Translations under genes and position numbers: made by a program
The notes under the pieces: generated by a model
The model's database searches: none
Told to the model about the DNA's origin: nothing
Seen by the model: only the letters and a program-made list of their open reading frames with translations
In this document: in pieces, positions 18,225 through 27,056 of the stretch
Layout of the letters: every line of letters starts with the position of its first letter
Position numbering within the stretch: position 1 is the stretch's first letter
Source of the DNA: Thermoproteota archaeon
GTDB lineage: Archaea > Thermoproteota > EX4484-205 > JAAOZP01
NCBI GenBank assembly: GCA_049700215.1
Contig: JBNAVT010000022.1
Span: forward strand, 1 to 36,596
Direction: 5' to 3'
Length of the DNA: 36,596 nucleotides

Positions 18225-18296
18225 TTTCCGCCGGGAAGGCCCTTCCAGTTCTTTTTAAACTAATCGGGTGTTGAAGGATATCGTTTAAAGCTTAGG

Positions 18297-20819
18297 CTAG
18301 ACGCTTAAAACATAGTTTAAGACGAATAGTGCAACGTTGTAGGAGGCGTGCAACGCTATTGGACACCATAGCCTGTATCCTCTTTTCTTGAAAACATATC
18401 CGAGTATGGTTCCAAGTAGGAAAGCAGGAAGAAATTGCCAGGGGTTCAGATGGAAAACCCCGAAAAGGAGTGACGACAATAGTATTCCTTTCCTGCTTCC
18501 AAGGCTTGACTCCAAGCCTCGCTGTATAAATCCTCTGAACAAGACTTCTTCACAAGGAGCGACGACGAGTATCGTGGTTATAGAGAGCACAACTAGTTCT
18601 GTGAACGAGGAGGGCGAGAGTATTTGGAAAAACTCTTCGAACCATGGTGGAACCGGTATTAGAGTCTCAACGATCACTCCGGCTGAAATACCCGTTAACA
18701 CGGTTAAAGGCAGGATCAGCAGCGCTACTTTATACTCCTGCAGGGCGCTCTGCGAGTCTAATCCGAGGAATGCTAAACTTATCTTCTTGCCAACCATGTA
18801 GAGCAGCACGGGGATTATCATCGCAACCTCCCCTATTATGAGCAGTGATAAATCATCAATGCTCAAGCCTTTGGAAAGAGAGAATGCTAGAAAGGGTAGT
18901 TCTAAGACGGCCGGGAGAAACATTGCTAGAACCAGCATGATGAAGGATTGTGACGCTCTCCAGGGCACGTTGCGAGGAGCCTCGTACAAGGCTTTCTCAC
19001 CAGCTTGGTTTGCTGCCTTCCCCTGGAGAAGGATGGATGCCGCGAGCACTAGGCTTGCTAACCCCGCTAAGGGTGGTCCGTACACCCATCTTTCCGGGTC
19101 GGACTTGCCGAGCGAAACCGCTTCAGGTTTTCCAAGAAATAGCCCGATCAGGCTTACGACAAGAAGTATTGACGAAGCCAGCGTCGAAAAGTTCAACACG
19201 TAATTCCTGTAATCTACGTGGTATTGTGCTTGGAGTTCCGGAGGTGGTGGCGGAGAAGCTTTCTCAACAGGAGCCTGGCCGAAGAACGTTTCTGACTTTG
19301 CAAGCGTGTACTTAGCCAATAGGAAGGCAATTAGGATCGTGTAGGAGACCAGTATGAGGATTATCGTGGGCGGGGGCGTGTCTGCAATGCTGATCGTGGT
19401 TCTCGCAATTATTGCAGGCATTGAGAGGAATACTGCTCCGAACAACGGTATGAAAACGTATAGTAGTGCGCTGAGGGAAAGCGCGTTAGAAGGCTTGCTC
19501 AAAACTAGTGCTGTAGCTACTGAAAGTATGGATGAGAAGAGCGTTACAGACAATAGGAGCAGGAAATCCAGCACTAGGAAAGGTGTTCCAGCCAAAAGAA
19601 TGCTGAAAATACTGTAGAAAACAAGGGCGAAGCTAAAGGTCGCTATAAAGTATGCAGTGAGCATGCCCTTCACGTATCTCCGGAACCCTTTTTCCGAGAC
19701 CGCCACCGTCCAAAGGGTTTCACGCTCCATTATCCCCCAGTTTATCGAGAAGATCGCTGGGATTAGAGGCGTGTAGAGTATGCTGAAGGTTAAGGCTGCC
19801 AGTGCGAAGAATCTAAACTGCCTGACTAGAATCGGGAAGCTTAAATTGGATACTGTGGCGATTGCGAAAAGCATGATGGCTGTGAAAAGACTGCCGTCCC
19901 TCAGTATTCTCAGAAGATTCAGCTTAACAACTAGAGCCATTGGTTTCTCGCTCATTTTAGGCGAAAGTATCTGTGTAAATAGCCTTGGCACCCATCTAAG
20001 TATTCTCCGGCTGCTTGAAGGCATTTCCATTAATGCTGTGGTTAGCAGGGGGGTAACGTGAGGAAGGAAATTAATCCTCATCACAGAAAAGTAGGCGCCG
20101 GCAATCAAAACCATGTAGGCCAACCCTATGATGGTTTCCAAGCTCCCTATAGAGCCTAGGGAGCATTTAGCCAGCAGTGTTGAAGGATAAGGCAGGTCAG
20201 AGTAGTTCAGCCCGAGCCCCATGACCATGCTTATCAGGGGCGTGAAAAGTATCATGAGGATAGCCCATCCCGCAGCCTTCACTTCAACATCCTTCATAAT
20301 GCTCTTCAGAATCCCCAGCGTCTGGGCTATTGCGGAGGAGGCGAAAAGCATGGTTTCATACGATAGGAAGATAGCCGGCAGAATGTTTAAGCGGGGATGA
20401 AGCATTACAGCCATGAAGGAAACCAGCGGCGGTGTGACTGAGAAGTTTAGGAAGAAGAATTGGAAAAGCAGGTCTGCCACAAGGTAAGTCGACGGCTTAA
20501 TGGGGGATGTTAAGATGAAATCTATTTCTGGTTCAAGCGCCGTTATCCCGCCTTTGAGGCCTAGGAAAACACCCATGGCTATCACGCTTGAAAAAGTTAT
20601 TGAAACTATGTTAACAAGCTCCTTCTCACTCATCTCGGAGAAACCGTAGAATCCTCTTATGAAAAACCCGCTGAAAAGGGATGAGAAAACTATGACGAAG
20701 TAAAGCATGATTGTGGAAAACTTTACTGAAAGGCTTCTCCTCAACGGCCCGTAATACTGGAGAAGCTTGAAAAAGAATATTTGCAGGAGCCTAGAGCCCT
20801 CCACCCCTCGTTCCCCCAA
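18297..20819 (-). CDS. ABC-2-type exporter permease fused to a C-terminal CPBP (CAAX/Abi, Rce1-like) intramembrane glutamic protease
   Basis: N-terminal ~510 aa with about 12 TMs and the permease-like motif PEIDFILTSPIKP; Pro-rich linker ASPPPPPE; C-terminal EEVLFRG, FGVFH and HASYN (CPBP motifs). Overlaps the ABC ATPase gene. Confidence 0.8.
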   Translation of the reverse strand: MGERGVEGSRLLQIFFFKLLQYYGPLRRSLSVKFSTIMLYFVIVFSSLFSGFFIRGFYGFSEMSEKELVNIVSITFSSVIAMGVFLGLKGGITALEPEIDFILTSPIKPSTYLVADLLFQFFFLNFSVTPPLVSFMAVMLHPRLNILPAIFLSYETMLFASSAIAQTLGILKSIMKDVEVKAAGWAILMILFTPLISMVMGLGLNYSDLPYPSTLLAKCSLGSIGSLETIIGLAYMVLIAGAYFSVMRINFLPHVTPLLTTALMEMPSSSRRILRWVPRLFTQILSPKMSEKPMALVVKLNLLRILRDGSLFTAIMLFAIATVSNLSFPILVRQFRFFALAALTFSILYTPLIPAIFSINWGIMERETLWTVAVSEKGFRRYVKGMLTAYFIATFSFALVFYSIFSILLAGTPFLVLDFLLLLSVTLFSSILSVATALVLSKPSNALSLSALLYVFIPLFGAVFLSMPAIIARTTISIADTPPPTIILILVSYTILIAFLLAKYTLAKSETFFGQAPVEKASPPPPPELQAQYHVDYRNYVLNFSTLASSILLVVSLIGLFLGKPEAVSLGKSDPERWVYGPPLAGLASLVLAASILLQGKAANQAGEKALYEAPRNVPWRASQSFIMLVLAMFLPAVLELPFLAFSLSKGLSIDDLSLLIIGEVAMIIPVLLYMVGKKISLAFLGLDSQSALQEYKVALLILPLTVLTGISAGVIVETLIPVPPWFEEFFQILSPSSFTELVVLSITTILVVAPCEEVLFRGFIQRGLESSLGSRKGILLSSLLFGVFHLNPWQFLPAFLLGTILGYVFKKRGYRLWCPIALHASYNVALFVLNYVLSV

Positions 20820-21573
20820 CTATTCTGAAGAAGGCTTCCTCCAGCGTCCCTGAGGATTCTAGCCCCACGATTCTCTTAAGCGCGTCTATAGAGCCTTCAG
20901 CTATGCTTCTACCCCTATTTATTATTGTGGCGCTGGTGCAGAATCTTTCAGCCATGTCAAGCATGTGCGTGCACACGAGCGCTGCCCCACCCTCGCTAAC
21001 AATGTCTTTAACAAGATTTTTCACGAGGCGCTGGCCCTCCGGATCCAGCCCGATGAAAGGCTCGTCCATTATTATCAGCCTAGGCTGGTGAATGAATACT
21101 GTTGCTAGGGCGAGCCTTTGCTTCAAGCCTTTTGAAAGCTCGAGGATAAACCTGTTTTCACAATCGTTAAGCTCAAACATGCTTAGAAACTCGTGAACCC
21201 TTCTTCTAGTCTCCTCCCCGGGTTCAACCCCCCTGATTCTCGCGACATACCCTAGAAACTCCTTGGGGGTAAGGTAGTCTGGGAGAGACGGGGCTTCAGG
21301 CAAGTATCCGATGAGCCTTTTGAAGCTCTCGTAGCTTTTAACATCCCTGCCCATGACCATTATCCTCCCCTTGTCAGGCTTGAGAAGGCCGACTACGCAT
21401 TTCACGGTGGTTGTCTTACCGGCTCCGTTTGGACCTATTAAGCCATGAATACTCCCGGAGTTAACCTTCATAAATAAGCCTGCCACGCCCACTGTTTCTC
21501 CATAGCTCTTCCAGAGGTCCTCAATATTCAGCAGAACCCCGTTTCCTAAGCGTTCGTCGCGCACCTGGAGCAA
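20791..21573 (-). CDS. ABC transporter ATP-binding protein (multidrug/CcmA-like exporter)
   Basis: Walker A GPNGAGKTT, signature LSKGLKQR, Walker B IIMDEP, H-loop CTH, C-terminal LEEAF. Confidence 0.95.
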   Translation of the reverse strand: MLQVRDERLGNGVLLNIEDLWKSYGETVGVAGLFMKVNSGSIHGLIGPNGAGKTTTVKCVVGLLKPDKGRIMVMGRDVKSYESFKRLIGYLPEAPSLPDYLTPKEFLGYVARIRGVEPGEETRRRVHEFLSMFELNDCENRFILELSKGLKQRLALATVFIHQPRLIIMDEPFIGLDPEGQRLVKNLVKDIVSEGGAALVCTHMLDMAERFCTSATIINRGRSIAEGSIDALKRIVGLESSGTLEEAFFRIVGGTRGGGL

Positions 21574-21641
21574 GACTTAAGGTCTGAGAGAAGAGTAGAA
21601 TTTTTAAGTTTTTAACAATCCGGTGAAAGACATTCGGGAAC

Positions 21642-22850
21642 ATGGAGCTTAGACGGCTGCAAGTGCTCATCTACATGGGGTGGACGCATTCCTTAAACCA
21701 CGGTCTATTCACAGCAATAACGCCTTTAATCCCGATGATCGTTTCAGAAGGATACGACTACCTTAGCATAGGCCTGTTCTTATCCATCTACCTTCTTCTC
21801 TACAGCTTCGGCGCACTACTCTCCACGCCCATACTAAGGCGCATGGAAGACAGGAAAATCCTGTTCGCATCCCTTATGCTCCAGGGCTCGTCAACACTAT
21901 TCCTGCTCATGCCTGGTTTAACGGGCCTAGGCCTCTTCATACTCTTCTCAGGAGTTTTCGCCAGCCTTTACCACCCTGTTTCGAATATCTTCATATTCAA
22001 CAGGTTTAGGAAAAACGTTAATTTCGCGATGGGGCTGCACGGCACCGGTGGAAACCTGGCTCAATTCGTGTTCCCATTAATGTCTTTCCTGATGGCGGCC
22101 AACCTCGGCTGGAGGTCGGCGCTCATCCTAACCGGTTTCATGGTTTCCCTCTCGTCAATCCCGTATCTCGCAACACCACGTGTTGAGAAAAATGTTTTTG
22201 AAACACCAGACGTCATACGTGGATTCATTAAGGTTGTTTCGCAAAGGTCACTCCTTCTCCTAATATGCTTCTCGCTCCTCTTCGGGCTCTACTATAGGGG
22301 GATAGAAGTATTCCTGCCGACTTACTTGAATTCGGAGAAGGGTTTCAGCGGAGAAGCTGGCAGCGCCGCTCTCTCAATACTGCTGCTTGCAGGCGCGCTT
22401 GGCCAATACTTAGGGGGGCTCGTAGGAGACAGGTTTAACGAGCAAACGGTTCTCCTGTCAGCATCAGTACTAGAGTTGCTTTCGCTCATACTGCTTCAAA
22501 CAGCCTCCGGCAGTATCCTAGTCATGCTTTCCACTGCTCTGCTTGGGTTAGGTTTCTACTGTCACCAGCCTGCTGCAAACTCCCTTTTAGGGAAAAAGAG
22601 TGCTGAGGAGTTGAGGACATACAGCTACAGCATCTGGTTTTTCCTTGGCTTCATATCCTCGTCACCATCCACCGTAGCTGTCAGCTTAATAGGTCAAGAA
22701 TTCGGTTTCGCAGCAGCAATGTTCTTCTCAAACATAATGGTGCTTATACCTTTAGCATTAGCCATCTATATTTATCATGATTCGAAGCACGCGTCCATAG
22801 AGACGAGGGCTAGACGCGATTTTCTCAAGGACTTTGCAAAGCTTATATAG
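21642..22850 (+). CDS. MFS transporter (Fsr-like)
   Basis: 12 TMs; HSLNHG, ASLYHP, AMGLHGTGGNL, GGLVGDRF. Confidence 0.9.
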   Translation: MELRRLQVLIYMGWTHSLNHGLFTAITPLIPMIVSEGYDYLSIGLFLSIYLLLYSFGALLSTPILRRMEDRKILFASLMLQGSSTLFLLMPGLTGLGLFILFSGVFASLYHPVSNIFIFNRFRKNVNFAMGLHGTGGNLAQFVFPLMSFLMAANLGWRSALILTGFMVSLSSIPYLATPRVEKNVFETPDVIRGFIKVVSQRSLLLLICFSLLFGLYYRGIEVFLPTYLNSEKGFSGEAGSAALSILLLAGALGQYLGGLVGDRFNEQTVLLSASVLELLSLILLQTASGSILVMLSTALLGLGFYCHQPAANSLLGKKSAEELRTYSYSIWFFLGFISSSPSTVAVSLIGQEFGFAAAMFFSNIMVLIPLALAIYIYHDSKHASIETRARRDFLKDFAKLI

Positions 22851-22878
22851 TTCAGTTAGACGTTCTAATCGAATAGAA

Positions 22879-23289
22879 ATGGCGCAAGCCACAATAACAG
22901 ATGCCAGGAACTTTGCTAACTACTCTTATCTAGCGCTATTAATACTTGGGGCACTAATGGCTTTAGCCGGGCTTTGGAACATCATAACCTTCATATCACT
23001 TTTAGGGTATTGGGGTTTCGCTTTCTTCGGTGGCCTAATATTATGGGGAATTGTTTTACTCGCCCTAGGAGGATTCGGAGCCTTTACAGCTTTCACAGTG
23101 TGGAAGCCTAAGATCGTTGACGCGATCGACCAGGGAAGGTATGCGGAAGCCTACCAAGTTGCTTCAAATCCTATTCAACTCATAATTGGACTCGTATGCG
23201 GCGGAGTGATTCCTGCAATTCTACTGTTCTTAACACAACAGAAACTTGCTGAAATAGCAAGACCGCCGCCTCCTCCTCCATCCGCATAA
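22879..23289 (+). CDS. Hypothetical small multi-pass membrane protein with a C-terminal polyproline tail
   Basis: About 3 hydrophobic helices, ending RPPPPPPSA. TATA CTTATATA at about 22842 supports ATG 22879. T-tract at about 23303. Confidence 0.7.
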   Translation: MAQATITDARNFANYSYLALLILGALMALAGLWNIITFISLLGYWGFAFFGGLILWGIVLLALGGFGAFTAFTVWKPKIVDAIDQGRYAEAYQVASNPIQLIIGLVCGGVIPAILLFLTQQKLAEIARPPPPPPSA

Positions 23290-23325
23290 GATGTCTAAAA
23301 CCTTTTTTTCTAAACTGAAAGTTAA

Positions 23326-24546
23326 TTACCTAACAAAGTAGGGTAGAATTATCAAGCCTATTATAAGGCAGAGTATGGTGAGGCTAACAAAATAAACCAT
23401 TTTATCAACAGTTTTTATATCCATCCTGCTGCTAAGTTTCTTCCTGAAGAACAGCTTTAAGAATACTCCTCCATCCATAGGATAAAGGGGGAGAGAGTTG
23501 AATATTCCAAGGTTTAGGTTTATGAACCAGGCCCAGAAGAAAAAGTTCACTGAATAATGATAATCCTCACCTAGAAGAGTCGAAACATAGTATTTTTGAA
23601 GAAGGCTGGAGAAGGGGATTGTCTCGTAAACCCATGGAAAGGGTACTGTAGGTATCATAAGGTATGTTACGAGGCCTTCAAGAGGCGAGCGTGCAAAGGC
23701 TAGAGAATAGTTCTCAAGAACATCTTTAAGCGGAACCAGGCTAAGTATTCCGCTGGAGCTAAGGTTGCTCCCTATTGTGAAAGTATAGTTTGGAAAACTG
23801 TTCCGTGAAACCCTGAATGTTATGTTTCCCCCCTGCTTGTAAACGTTTTTTACAGCTCTGGCAAAACTATTCCAGTCGGGCGTCGGCTCACCGTTCACAC
23901 TTATTATTATGTCGCCGGGCCTCATTCCTTTTTGGTAAGCCGACCCGTTGGTGGAGATTCCAACTACGAGAACCCCGTTAACCACCGGCTTCAAAGTAAG
24001 CATTAGAAGCATGAAAACGGCTAGCGCGGCTAAAGCGGCGATGACGTTGGAAACGGGGCCTGAGGACAGGATTCTCCCTGCTTTCTCAAGCCCAGCTTCC
24101 TCGAGCTGCTTCTCATCAACCTCGGCGAAAGCGCCGACAGGTATTACTAGAAACAGGACTAAGCCGGTAGACTTAACACTCAGGCCGTTAGCCCTAGCCT
24201 GAGTCCCATGGGCATACTCGTGAATCACCATGGCCATGAGCAGCGCCACCCAACCGTAGAAAACAGGCAGGTAGGGGTTTACGCCTGGCAGAAGAATGTT
24301 GGCGGCGGGCCCGAGCTCCCTTAAAACTCTGCTGACGCTGGGGTTGCTCAGCATATTGTTTATCGCGTTAAGCAGCAAGTAAACCATCACCGCCCCTAGA
24401 AACGGCATTACCACCAGGGAGATGAGCCCCATTCTCCTGGAGAACCAGGTTTCCCCCATTCTATCCATCAGTGTTAGTCCGATTCTAGTCCTGATTAGAA
24501 CGAATGGGAACTGGACTTCAACCATGCTCGGCAGGCGTAAGCGCAT
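23326..24546 (-). CDS. Site-2 protease (M50 intramembrane metalloprotease) with PDZ domain
   Basis: HEYAH, PVGAFAE, GPVSN, PDZ-like GMRPGDIIISVNG, FNSLPLYPMDGG. Confidence 0.93.
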   Translation of the reverse strand: MRLRLPSMVEVQFPFVLIRTRIGLTLMDRMGETWFSRRMGLISLVVMPFLGAVMVYLLLNAINNMLSNPSVSRVLRELGPAANILLPGVNPYLPVFYGWVALLMAMVIHEYAHGTQARANGLSVKSTGLVLFLVIPVGAFAEVDEKQLEEAGLEKAGRILSSGPVSNVIAALAALAVFMLLMLTLKPVVNGVLVVGISTNGSAYQKGMRPGDIIISVNGEPTPDWNSFARAVKNVYKQGGNITFRVSRNSFPNYTFTIGSNLSSSGILSLVPLKDVLENYSLAFARSPLEGLVTYLMIPTVPFPWVYETIPFSSLLQKYYVSTLLGEDYHYSVNFFFWAWFINLNLGIFNSLPLYPMDGGVFLKLFFRKKLSSRMDIKTVDKMVYFVSLTILCLIIGLIILPYFVR

Positions 24547-24671
24547 CTAACAATGTTCGGCTGAAGAGGACCTTTTTAAACATAGCCTGGTTTAATTGTT
24601 TTTAAGCCAGTCGATAACGCTAGTCTCACCTTAAACCAACGTTGACGGACACTGTCCCGACCAACCTTCTG

Positions 24672-25208
24672 CTATTGTTTAAAGCCGTCGAAAGAAACTA
24701 TTTCGCTCAAAGGCTTCCTGGCATCTGGCTCTCTAAACTCCTCGCCGGCAGGATACCCAAGCGGTGTTATGGCGACAACGTTATACTCCTCAGGTATTCC
24801 TAGAACCTCCTTAACCTTCCTGTTGTCGAAGGAGCCTATCCAGCATGTTCCAAGACCCTCAGCCCTAGCCGCGAGGATAAGGTGTGTGAAAGCTATTGAA
24901 ACGTCTACAAGCATGCTCATGGAACCCATGTATCCACCCCTGTTCCACCCTATGTCGCGGCCACACGCAACAATAACCACCGGGGCCTCAGCTATGAAAC
25001 CCTGGTTGCCGCACGCAGGTATAAGCCTTTTCTTCAAAGCCTCGTTCCTCACCACTATGAACCTCCAAGGCTGGCGGTTTGAACCCGAAGGAGATATTCT
25101 CGCAGCATCCAGAACTCTGGTTAACACGTCGTCCGGAACAGGATCCGGCTTGTAAGACCTTATGCTTCTCCTAGTCCTCACCACCTCGTAGAAATCCATC
25201 CTATCCAC
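24672..25208 (-). CDS. Nitroreductase family protein
   Basis: RRSIRSY, SPSGSNRQPW, LAARAEGLGTCWIG, LGYP. Confidence 0.93.
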   Translation of the reverse strand: MDRMDFYEVVRTRRSIRSYKPDPVPDDVLTRVLDAARISPSGSNRQPWRFIVVRNEALKKRLIPACGNQGFIAEAPVVIVACGRDIGWNRGGYMGSMSMLVDVSIAFTHLILAARAEGLGTCWIGSFDNRKVKEVLGIPEEYNVVAITPLGYPAGEEFREPDARKPLSEIVSFDGFKQ

Positions 25209-25304
25209 CGTTTTATCCTCGCAAAAAGATGAATAAAAGTTTTAACATGTGCTAACTGTAGATTTAGCGCGCGCTGCTGCGAATTATATGCCTTGAGCGC
25301 GCGC

Positions 25305-25379
25305 AAGATATGCAGAGCAATAGCGAGGATCATACGTGAAAACTGCACGATTGGGGAAGCAGCAAGGGAACTAGAGTAG
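25305..25379 (+). pseudogene. Probable 3' remnant of a DhnA/LsrF-type class I aldolase gene
   Basis: Reads KICRAIARIIRENCTIGEAARELE*, resembling the C-terminal helices of DhnA-family aldolases ('K.RAIA.IVHE..SVEEA..EL'). Followed by a T-tract; no clear start codon. Confidence 0.4.
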
Positions 25380-25529
25380 CCCAGTTTTTAAGCGTTTGCA
25401 ACGGGGAAAAAGCCTGATTGGAGATGCTTGTTCAACAATATTCTACCCTTTAAGCCTCTGCGATGGGGATGGCTAAGTTTTTTTAACAGTATGGCGAAGA
25501 AAAGAATGATAAAATAAAGAGCCTATCCT

Positions 25530-26954
25530 CTAGCTGGGTGGTGGAGGCGGCGGAGGAATAGGTGGAATTTCACCCTTGGGCTTCCTTCTTAATAGCAGTA
25601 CCACAAGCACCACGACGACTACTGCCACGACTGCTCCTATAATGACAAGCCACGGGACCTCCGGGGCTGCTGCAGCTCCCTCCTCCTTGCTTACCGTCAA
25701 GCTTCCCGTTAAACCGTTCACGTCAATACTGTATGTTCCCTCGCTTGTCGGCGTGTACGTGAAGCTTACTGTCGTAGACTGGTCTGGGCCTAGAGTTCCT
25801 GTTTTAGTGTCGACAACCTGGTTGTTAACCCTGAGCGTGACCTCGTAGTTACCAGACTCCCCGCCGGTGTTCTTAACTGTGACGGAGATGGTTGAAGACT
25901 GGCCAACCTTAACTGAACTCGGGCTTATGTTAAGGCTGCTAGCCTCAAACCTTGCTGGAAGGGTTGTTGAAACATTTATTTTGACCGTCTGGTCGCCGAT
26001 GCTTACAGTGTACAACCCGTCTGCGGTAAAGGATAATTTGTGGCTTATACTCTTACTCTCACCAGGATTCAGAACAATCAGCCAACTCTTCTTAACTTCC
26101 CCGCCCACGCCTATAGTCAAATTATGAGTCCCCATGGCATTGCCAGTATTAGAAGCAGTAATTGTGATAGTGACTTCCTCGTTCGGCTTTAACCGCGTCT
26201 TATCAAGGTTGGCGTTAATCACTATGTTCGGCCATGGCTGCGGGCTAACCAGCTCAACTGATAAAAGCTCTATCTTAGCCCATTCAGTGCGATCTAGCGA
26301 CTCCCAGTAGATTTTAACTATAAGGGTGCCGAAGCTGACAGGGGCGAACCACCATTCCACAATAGCACGGTAACCTTCTGGTGCGTTCGCATACCCCTCC
26401 CACCTATATTTATAGATTAGGAGCTGGCTTGGGCCGAAGGTTCCAGTTTCTGGACCCAGGTAAACTAGTCTTCCAAACCCGAGCTCCTCGTAATTGTATA
26501 CTGTAGTGAAGTTCCATGCTTCTTCCCATGTGCCAATCCAAGCAACCCAGACAAACAGCATGAGGTTCCCAAACATCTCGGCGTATTGTCCCGTGTAGGT
26601 TTCCTCGTCAACCACCACTTGCAGGCATTTGCCAGTCGACTTTGAAATCCACAGTAGCATTGTCTGCGGGGTCTCCCCCTCCTCCTCATACTCCCATTCA
26701 ACTTTCCACGTGGCCTCCCCGCCTACGGTTTCCTCTTCGAGGACTCGGAAGCCTATTTCTCCAACGGTCCCCTCTTCATCCGAGTAACGGTACCTGGCTG
26801 ACTTAACGTTGCTCAGCAGGATCGCCACGCTCTCATACTCAGATTCCTGAGCGTAAGACACTATTGGCTGGTTTCGAATCAGCGACAGCATTATTAGAAG
26901 GATCAGACAGAACGCAACTGGTTTCTGCTTATCCAAACTACTTTGTGTTTTCAT
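25530..26954 (-). CDS. Membrane-anchored cell-surface protein with two CARDB (Ig-like) domains
   Basis: N-terminal signal-peptide-like stretch; repeats VTITITASNTG...LNPGESKSI and ISVTVKNTGG...LGPDQSTTVSF; C-terminal TM, RRK and PPIPPPPPPPS tail. Confidence 0.85.
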   Translation of the reverse strand: MKTQSSLDKQKPVAFCLILLIMLSLIRNQPIVSYAQESEYESVAILLSNVKSARYRYSDEEGTVGEIGFRVLEEETVGGEATWKVEWEYEEEGETPQTMLLWISKSTGKCLQVVVDEETYTGQYAEMFGNLMLFVWVAWIGTWEEAWNFTTVYNYEELGFGRLVYLGPETGTFGPSQLLIYKYRWEGYANAPEGYRAIVEWWFAPVSFGTLIVKIYWESLDRTEWAKIELLSVELVSPQPWPNIVINANLDKTRLKPNEEVTITITASNTGNAMGTHNLTIGVGGEVKKSWLIVLNPGESKSISHKLSFTADGLYTVSIGDQTVKINVSTTLPARFEASSLNISPSSVKVGQSSTISVTVKNTGGESGNYEVTLRVNNQVVDTKTGTLGPDQSTTVSFTYTPTSEGTYSIDVNGLTGSLTVSKEEGAAAAPEVPWLVIIGAVVAVVVVVLVVLLLRRKPKGEIPPIPPPPPPPS

Positions 26955-27056
26955 TTTAGTAAAAACCCGTATTCTTCCATATAAAGTTTATCCTGATTAA
27001 CCTCGTCTTTATAGTGTTTCCAAGCATGCGTAAACGCCTTAAACACTTGAAAAACA

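Noticed and set aside
25533-25635. Trinucleotide-like repeats (GGT/GGA/ACC/ACG)
   Set aside because: Explained by poly-Pro and poly-Val codons with mixed third positions; not a DNA repeat element.
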